This document shows positions 47,649 to 56,981 of a stretch of 56,981 nt of DNA, one piece after another. Source of the stretch: Alloascoidea hylecoeti (Eukaryota); contig BCKZ01000002.1 of NCBI GenBank assembly GCA_001600815.1, positions 825,454 through 882,434 on the forward strand, in the 5' to 3' direction. Each line of letters opens with the position of its first letter. Position 1 is the stretch's first letter. A model generated the notes under the pieces. It saw nothing but the letters and a program-made list of their open reading frames with translations, searched no databases and was not told the origin of the DNA. Both the position numbers and the translations under genes were made by a program.

Positions 47649-50600
47649 TCATAACTTGCTTAGTTTGTAGTTTTGAACAGGTTTCAATATACCATCTGCT
47701 ACCATGTCCTTAACACTGCTTTTACTGACATGAGAGCTCAATTGCCGGCTTTTAACCATATCTGCCCCAATCCGACAAATCTCCATATTATGGAAAATAT
47801 CCCATCCCAAACCACTTCGGGGTTCGCTTATGAAAGCAAGTGCCTTTTTGAAGTGGGCCGTTGCTTCTTCAAATCGTCCTTCTAAAGCACGGTAATAACC
47901 AAGATGCGAGTAAACAACAGGATTGTCTTCATCAATTGAAAGAAACGTGTGCATAATGCTTTCCAATTGTGATTTCGGGACACGATTGATTTGCCTACCA
48001 GCAGCTGTAAGGATTCCCCAAAGAATATCATTAACTACATATATCAATTTAGGCTTGCTTTTAACAAACCCGACCAACTCTTGTGCTTTGCTGAAAGCTT
48101 TCAGAGCCTCAATATCTCTCATATTTGTGTATAAAACCTCTCCAAAGAGAATCTGATACATTGGGTCAATTTTAGCCGCTGGTGCTTTTAAACTTCTTTC
48201 AACAATTTCTATTCTGTTTGATGTTCTCCACCTGCTGACTTGAACAAATAACGTTAAATACAAAGACTCATTTGGCTCCTGTCTTATCAATCTCTCGAGA
48301 ATATCACATGCTTTATCATATTGTTCATTTTCATAATAGAAAATAGCCAAATATGCTTCAATCTTAATACCATCTTCTGTTCGGTCATAAATTTGGGCAA
48401 AAGCCTCTAACCGTTTTGCCCTTTTGTCCCATCTTTCTTTCAACGTACCTTTAAATATACTTTCCCTATATTTATTATCTTTGATATATTGAATAGCAAG
48501 AAATCGTTGATGACCATCTAATTCATTTATTTCATTGACCATCGTAACTGGATCTGGGAGTTCTTTGGGAAACAAATGTTTTTCTAATTTCCTGGTCTTT
48601 CTGTTTAATACCCCCCATTCTTTAAACGGAGATTCACCGAGTTTCTTATAGTATGATTCTAAAGTTTCCGTCAACATATTCTTAATGATACTGGATATTC
48701 GACTATGTTCACTTCTATAATTGAGAACCGCTGATTTCTCTAAATCTAAAAGGCCTTCATCTTGTTGTCCATTAAAGATATTTGCAGCACCTCTATAATC
48801 ATAAGCAATATATGAATATTTAGTATTCAATTGAATTGCACTTGTGAAATATTCAATAGCTTTTTGAAGATATTTTCCTTCACATCTCTCTAAAAGATCA
48901 ATTCCAAGCTTTAAATAATATCCTACCGTTCCAGCCTTAAGTTCTTCACCAACTAAAGATCTTGGTAGCCTAATAAAGGGCCAAAAATCCATACGGAATG
49001 CAATCTGGTACTTAGGCATTGGTTTTGTTTTAATTCCATGTTGTTTAGTTTCTTCTGTAAGTTTCACAAAGTAATCTTGAACTAATTTAACCCTTACAGA
49101 TTTTAATCGCGAAACAATGTCTCGATTTTTACTATCTAAGAAATATGCTGTACTAATATCATTGAATGCATCCCGATAATCATTTTTCCTAGCATACAAT
49201 GTAAAGCTTCTGATATAATTTTTGACCTTAGCAGGATCAATTTCAATAGACTTTATGGTGTCCTGTAATGCATCATCATACCGTCTCAAATAATTATAAC
49301 AAATGGATCTATTAGCGTAAAGAGATGCTGTTGGATAATAACGAAGACCATTTGTGTATTTTTGAATAGCTTGTGCATACCTTTTCTGTTTAACTAACAC
49401 CGTGCCTTCCATTTTATATCTGAATGACAAACTTTGTCTCTCATTATCATTTAATAAAGCAATCTCTTCATCTGTTCTAACATCCTCTAGGGAATGTTTT
49501 AGACGATCTCCATAAACCAAATAGGGAAGAATTGAAACTTCACTTGGCGCCTCATCTGGACTTTCTGAGTAATGATCAAATGGATTATCTAACGGGAACG
49601 CATTTATATCATCTGAAGCTACATCATCATAAATCACAAAATCTCTTGAATTGGATTGCAGAATGTTATTCTCTTGAACATATTTTGTTAAGAAACTAGA
49701 CGAAAATTGATAATCACAATCAGAATCATAAAAATCACTTTCAGTATCACTAGTTTCAGAATCAATGCTAATATTTTGATAAGTTCCTCTTAAATTACGT
49801 AAACTTTCAATGCTTTGCTTTGGCTTACCGATATTTTTTGGTTTAGAAAAGGAATTATGAAGTTGTAGTTGTGGTTGAACAAATGATGCTTTAGATGAAC
49901 TATCATCACTCGAATATATAAAAGTCTTATCTGTTTTATATCGTCTTTCTTTAATTGTTATTCCACCAAAAATTCCATCCCCATGACCATCTTCTGATGA
50001 AGCATCGTTAATGCCAATGTATAAAGAATCTGCAGAAGACATAGAACCTACAGATGATTTTCTAAAATGCGGTCGACCACTATGTAAAGAACTAGTTCTT
50101 CGGGGTCGTCCGAATTCCATACCAATAGGCGATTGACTTGGTGTTTCGGCATTGGATGATGATACTGATGATGATAATCCAGAAAGAGATACTAATGAGG
50201 GTGTTTTTATCCCAAAATTACCTCTTAATGGAGACGCTCTCAGTGGGGACTCCGGAATTTCCATAGACATTTTAGTTTCATAAACTTCTTCAATAATTAA
50301 ACCATTTTTTAAATGTTCCCCTGATGTTAGTGCTCCTCTATTTGAACTCTCCCCGACTGGTTTAATTGTCATCACATTTCTAAGAGGTGATGGACTTCTT
50401 CTCATCCTCCTGGGCGATTCTCCTGTTATTGGTATACTTGACGAGCTTTCAGTTTGGGTCAGCTTAGGACCCCCTAATATAGTCTTATGAGTAGCATTTT
50501 TACTAATAGGAATTCCCTTTAGTTTTTGCAGAGCTGGATGATCAACTATTTATTGAACATTAGTAACTCCCTTCTAATAAACATCAAAGAAAAAAAAACA

Positions 50601-53600
50601 TACTCTTTTCAGGTGTCGTTGACTCTGAATCAAGAACTGTTGTAGTGATAGTATGCGATTCCGATTCCATTATATTTAATCCAAGGTTCACTAATTAATT
50701 TATGTTAGTTAAAGATCATATATACATGAATAGAAAGTTAAAATTCGAAAAGCTCACATTTAGAAGAAGTTGGTTTTAAATTAATCCCCGAGTTGAGAAT
50801 AAGAGGCAACTTCGATGGTATTTTATTCGGCCCTTCTTTTTGGCGTATTGTATTTTCCAATTCAACTGATATAAGAGGTTAGAATAGAGAAGTTTCCAAA
50901 AATACTTTTAAAAAATATGAAACATACCATTTGAAGAAGAGGGATTATAAGTAGGAGTCTTATCATCATCAATATCAGATGATACTTTAGGAGGTTTTGG
51001 TGTAACATTAGAGATTGCTAAATTGATCGTTAGAACTAAATTTAACAAATTCATTTTAGTAATAATAGTTAACAAACCTGGTTGATATAAATCATCATCA
51101 CTATCCTCTGATGTATCTCGATTAAACTCTGTATGTGTAGAGGTCTTTAACTCATTTCCATGGATAGTGTAGAGCGATTGAGGCTGTTTGACAGGCTCAA
51201 ATATCACATTGTGATAAATCTCAGATTCCGAACTCAAACTATCTTCTAATTGATCATTTCCAAAAGAAATTTTGATCGGTTCTAATTCATTTTTCTTATT
51301 AGCAGTTGATTTCTGTGTAAGAGGACTTTCAAAGAAAAAGATGTTCTTTTCATCCGATTGAGATTCTTCCGCGCTACTATGAATATCCGGTTTAATAGGC
51401 GTTCTAATAAGATGTGTTTCGGATATGTTATGCGGCAACAGTGTGACTGGCGAGGTTGATTCATCTAAATCATTTGTTAGTAAGTTTATCCCCCTCCCAA
51501 AAAATGAAATGTAACACTTACCTTTGAAAGTTTCGTAGTCATCTGCATTATTTAAGGATACTTGTGATCTCCTTGACATTTCCGAGATGAAATCTTTTAT
51601 GCTATCAAAACTATCTGTAGTATTCACATCTGATTGATATCCTATATTTAATTTGATAAGTTTAGGTTGTTCTGACTCCGATTCTTCAATTAAAACGGGA
51701 GACGTTTGTAGTTGTTCGTCTTTTAAAGAATTAGAGAACGGAATATTTTCATCTTGTGGATTTTCTCTTAAATCTTGATCGTGATCAGCAAAACTTATAC
51801 TTTCGCTTGAACTATTTTCTTCCGAGCTTATCTTAGATGACTGAGTGGAGCTCTCAGGGATAGATTGATATATCCTGTGCCTAGTGTCTACTAGCCCTCC
51901 CAAAATAGACTCTGAGCTGCCTGAACTGAATTGGACAGCGGGACCTTCAACGGTAATATTTTGCTTAGGTACTGATTCTTCGCTTAACTGTGAGGCTGGT
52001 GAGATTATTGGAGCTTTTGGTGGATCTGAAGTCACTTTAGGAGCATTTAAACCTTCTCTCCTATCTTCATCAGTGACAGATTGATAATCGGAAACTAGTT
52101 ATAATTAATAACAATATTACGTTATAAAAGAAAAATAATTACATACCATTAGAGTCAGATAGCTTATCGGCAGAGCCCTGTTTATCTTTTCGTGAAATTA
52201 AATCTTCTAATATCGCAGATTCATCTTCGTATACATTCCTTTCAACAGAATCATAGATGATAGGCTGAATAACCATAGTATTTCCAACCGGGACTAAAAT
52301 ATATATTTTATTGTTAGTATAAATTGAAGCCTAAAGTCGGTAATATATCGCTTACCTGTTTCTTTCTGTGAAGGGCCTACAATTTGTATTTGATTCTCAT
52401 TACTTTGGTCAATTGTATCATTTAACGGTGAGTTATCAAAAACTTCGTTTTTCGTGGAATGCTGAATATGTGCAGAAGGTTTCGGAGACAGCTGTAAATC
52501 CTCTTTAACATCTAGTAATCTATTCAATTCATTCTCTTCTGTAGGTTCAATTCGCTCATTTACACGATTTATTTTGTCTCTTCTGGTTGTTTCTTCCGTG
52601 AAAACTATCGGTGGTTGTAATTTATTTATTTGTTTGGATTTCTTTGCTTCATTAGGCGATGGTAACGGATCCTTACTTGGCAAATTCATTTGACCTTCAG
52701 AGACAAAATAACTACCTTTATTCTCATTATTCCAATCCAAAGCTGGGACGGTTTTGATATCCTCTAGATCTTTTTCGGGAAAAGGCAGTAATTTTGGCTT
52801 TACGGTCGATCTCTGGCTTTCAGCTAATGTCGTTCTATTATCAGGAGTTTCATTGGGTTCGTTTTTCTTGATAAAACTATTAGAAGGAGGGTGCCCCTCA
52901 GTCATGAGAGGTAATTGTGATTGTATGTGTGGAATTATATCTTCTGGAGTAGAGCCTGTCCCTGGTATGGCTGGATTCAGTCTCTCATTCAGCTTATCAC
53001 TAGCAGCAGAATTTGACTTGTTTTCTTTAAAATCATCAGCTAGGTTAAAAAAAAAAAGTTAGTAATAAAGATAAATAATAGTAGGTTGTACACGTACTGT
53101 CATATTTTATTTTCTCATTAGGAATCTGATAACTTATATCACTTGGAATAATATCCTGGCTAGAGACAATTAATTCATGCTCCGATTTTGACGACGCAAT
53201 TTTATTCGTCTGAGAAGCATCTTCAATTTGCGGGGCAGTTTGTGAGGGAGTCAGTCTTCGATTATTTGAATTTGAAATAGGAGATGATCCCTTCCTGTCA
53301 GCTTTAAAATCATCGGTGCCAGATTGCGAATGTCGACCTGTTGGAATTCCTGGTATCGAATACAAAGGAGTGCTACTTGATCCGTCATCTTTTTGTTGCA
53401 CTGCTGCGTTTTGGCCTGAATTTTCAATCCTAGGAGATAAGTTTGTATCTACTTGGTTAAAGGCTTCAAAACTAAAGTAATCTGCGGCTGGATTCACATT
53501 TTCTGGGGCAAGGTCATGTCCAGAACTTGAAATATCATCCTCACATTCAAAGAATTCGTCCGAACTTTCCTCCGAAGATATAGAAGGTTCAGGTTGCGCA

Positions 53601-56600
53601 TATCCTACTAATTCAATACTACCAAGACCAGCGCCATTTTTAGCGGCTTCTATAACTGATGATTCTGTCGATTTAGATAATGGTACTATTGGACCATGAG
53701 CTGGTTCGTGTATGCTATTTTCACGAACATAATCTAGCAAAGTATCTTGCAATTGTGGAGACATTTTTTCTTGATTTATTAATAATTTGGAGCCGTTTGA
53801 GTCTTCTGTAAGAGGTACCGATTCGCTTATATTTTTATCGACATTCTGTGAAATTATAAGGGACGGCTGCCTAGGTAATTTTATTCTTGAAAGAGTGTCA
53901 TTTTCGGTATTATTGAAGGCGACAGAAACACCTTCTTTTGTGGCAGATACCTGAGGTATTCCATTTTTGCTAGACGATTCTGCATCTTGTGACAAATAAA
54001 GATTACTGTTTCTCAAATTATCATCATCATCAAAATTCGAAGAAGATTCGTGCAATCTGTTAATCTCAGTGATTAAACTGTCAGCAATTGACGTGTCGCT
54101 AACATTTAATTCGCTATCCACATTCAGTGAAACTGCTCCTGAACCAATTAAAAACGTGTCTAGTTCAGATGGAGGGAGGGATGATAACTCTTCATGTTTA
54201 TCTCTTTGATTTAAAGGTGTACCAGAACTTGTTGCAGGTTCATAATTGATAATTGCGTCTTTATAGTTTCCAATTTCTTCTTCTTTATCAATATCATCTT
54301 CGTTGGATACCGGAAACTTCTCTCTTTGCAGCCTCAATGATTCTGGTCTTTGGCTTTTATTAACATCTAAAAAATCATCATTTGAACTGGAGTAGGATTC
54401 ATTAAAACCTAGGGTAGAAGATGGTTTAGAATTGGGCAGCTTAGCTTTAATAGTTTCATCATTCTTCTCTTCATACTTGTCTGATGAAATATCAATATTT
54501 GGTGTTGATACCGATTGAGGATGAGATCCTATTGAGTCTGATAATTTGCTCTCGACTATTGAGCCCCCTTCACTTATAATATATCTATGTTGATCAATGT
54601 TGACATCTTCAGTGGCCGGTAAATGTATGGATGTGGCGATGGAAGAGTTTCTGGATGAATTCAATTTCAAATTAAGTGGCATTGAACTATCCGTATCTCC
54701 AACACCAGCTGATAAAATAGAAGTGGTGGTGTCTTCGGCATTCACTACTGGATTAATACCAGGAACATGGTCGCTTGCTGGTGATGAGGATATCATGCCG
54801 TCATTCGGATATCGAGTGTCATCGAAAGATGTATCCGATTCTAGTGTAACAGGAAGAGTCTTATTAAAAGAATGATCTTTGGAACTTTCACTAGAACTAG
54901 GCTGTATCAATTCATTCGTATATATATCATTATTATGATCACTAACCAACTCTTCACGACCAACCATTGATGTTACATCATCAATCGACTTTTCTAACGA
55001 AATCAGTGAAGAAATATCTTCTAAGCTTTCTTGCTTGCTAGATTCAGATTGAATACCCTGATCAATTGGAGTTTTTCCATCATCATGGTGTTTAACAACT
55101 GATTGATCCTTAGTAGAGCTTCCCTTAGAATTTTGTAGAGTAATTGTGTGCTCATTTAAACTATCTATTTTACTATCTCCATTTTCATCTTCATTTTTTG
55201 TATTATCATCATCATAGTCAAGACCAGAAACAGAACCTTTTGAGGAGATCGGAAGAGGAATATGTAAAGCAAGATCCTGCAAAGTATCAATTTTGTCATC
55301 AATAATAATTCCAGACTGAAAATTATTATATTCTTCATTAGTATAACTCTTAGAAGCATTGTCTATAGGTAATGTTTCATGACAGCCAATAGACGCATCC
55401 TGTGAATTTGGAAGAGAAATATTTAAATCAAGATCTTTCAAGCCACCAAGTTTATCATGTGTAGTACATATAGGCCGAAGATCGCAATGTTCTTTTTTAG
55501 AGAGTTCCTCGAGAGAACTTTCTCTGGGTGGTATTTGATCACCAGGAATATATTCAATCCATTCTGGAAGATTGGTATTTGAGCCAATGTCTTTCAAATC
55601 TGAACTTTCCATAATTGATGATTCAAAACCATTTGTATAACTTTTCTCTGACTCTGGGAAGGAAGTTGCTAAATCATCATTCAGGTTTTCAATTTCAATT
55701 CCAACGTCAGGTTGAATATCAATTGGGTTTTCTATAATTGGTGATTCAACACCGTCGGAAGAACTTTTGTGTAACTTTAGGGGGTGAGTTTTTAATACAA
55801 CATTATTCACATCTTCAATTTCAGTGTAAACCTCAGGTTGAATATTATGATGCTCTTCCTTACATTCTTTCTCAACTGGACTTTCTATAATTAGGGATTC
55901 ACGCCTATCGGTGGAACTTTCCTCTGAGTTTAGAAGGGGAGTGGTTAATGCAATATCATTTTGGTCCTCAAATTCAATACCAACCTCGGGTTGAATATCA
56001 AGTTTTTGTTCCTTATATTCTTTCTCAATTGGCGATTCAAGACCATCAATGGAACTTTCATCTGAGTTTGGAAGGGGAGCTATTAATGCAACATTACTCA
56101 CATCTTCAATTTCAGAACCATCATCAGGTTGGATACTATGACGTTCTTCATATTCTCTCTTAACTAGGCTTTCTGTACTTGGTGATTGAAGACCAGTAGA
56201 ACTCTCATCGGAATCTGGGAGTGGAGTTCTTAATTCATAATTATTCACGTCTTTGATTTCAGTATCAGCTTTAGGTTGAGTATTATGATATTCTTCTTTA
56301 TATTTTTTCCCAATTGGTGATTCAAGACCTTTAGTAGAACTTTCATCTGAATCTCTTTCAACTGGATCTGGAAGGAGAGTCTCTGATGGAATATCATTCA
56401 CGTTTTCCATTTCAGTATCAACTTCAGGTAGAATATTATGATCTATTTCTTTGTATACTCTTTCACCCGGACTTTCGATAATTGGTGCTTCAAGACCATC
56501 AGTAGAACTTTCATATGAATCTGGGAGTGGAGTTGTTAAATTATAATCATTTTGGTCACCAATTACAACACCAACTCCGGGTAGTATATCAAGATGTCCT

Positions 56601-56981
56601 TCCTTATATTCTTTCTCAATTGGCGTTTCAAGTTCATCAGTAGAACTTTCATTTGAGCTTGGAAGGGGAGCTATTAATGCAACACTACTCATATCTTCAA
56701 TTGCAACTTCAGGTTGAATATTAAGATGTTTTCCCTTATATTCTATCTCATTTGGTGATTCGAGACCATCAGTAGAACTCTCATCGGAATCTGGAAGTGG
56801 AGTTGTTAAATCATAATCATTTTGGTCTTCAACTCTAATACCAACTTTGGGTCGAATATTAAGATGTTCTCCCTTATATTCTCTCTCGTTTGGTGATTCA
56901 AGACCATCAGTAGAACTTTCATTTGAGTCTGGGAGTGGAGTAGTTAAAGCATAATCATTCAGGTTTTCTATTTCGGTATCA
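47649..56981 (-). CDS. Giant (>=2970 aa, 5' end outside the window) acidic-repeat protein with a C-terminal Tom70-like TPR domain; >=8 exons
   Basis: Exons >56980-53098, 53039-52356, 52293-52147, 52094-51078, 51017-50928, 50865-50758, 50690-50604 and 50545-47649 splice in frame through GT...AG introns of 58, 62, 52, 60, 62, 67 and 58 nt. TPR motifs span ~49450-47750. Confidence 0.8.
55620..56981 (-). repeat. Coding tandem repeat, >=10 units of ~44-51 aa (consensus ~ DY.LTTPLPDSDESSTDGLESPIEKEYKEEH.NIQPEV..EIED.N)
   Basis: Units are visible in protein and DNA (recurring ggtgattcaagaccatcagtagaactttc on +). The frame stays open to the window edge. Confidence 0.9.

Noticed and set aside
1..56981. 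tRNA, rRNA, CRISPR array, LTR or telomeric repeats
   Set aside because: None recognised by eye. The repeats found are coding or microsatellite, not repeat-spacer arrays.

Overview
AT-rich, gene-dense stretch of a budding-yeast (Saccharomycotina) nuclear chromosome. It has many short 52-74 nt GT-AG introns with CTAAC/CTAAT/CTGAC branch points, and CTG appears to encode Leu, which points to an intron-rich lineage outside the CTG-Ser clade (inference). Recognisable genes: alternative oxidase, Psr1/2 phosphatase, Pom34-like nucleoporin, MEU1, IAH1, VPS54, REG1, IRC6 (spliced; the ORF track shows only a fragment), a divergent H2A/H2B pair, QCR7, SLC1, MDM35, an RTA1-family protein, an F-box protein, a CYLD-like ubiquitin protease ending in a CaaX box, DFM1 and RFX1. 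There are also two orphan ORFs and decayed pogo/Fot1-type transposase fragments. The most unusual object is at the right end. Four separate ORF-track entries splice in frame, through 7 canonical introns, into one gene of at least 2970 codons that runs off the window. It joins an array of ~46-aa acidic repeats and a long low-complexity linker to a divergent Tom70-like TPR domain. Also notable is an ultra-compact SLC1-MDM35-RTA1 lipid-gene trio, with a 105-bp shared promoter and convergent stop codons 1 nt apart. All family calls come from motif recognition; no database searches were run.
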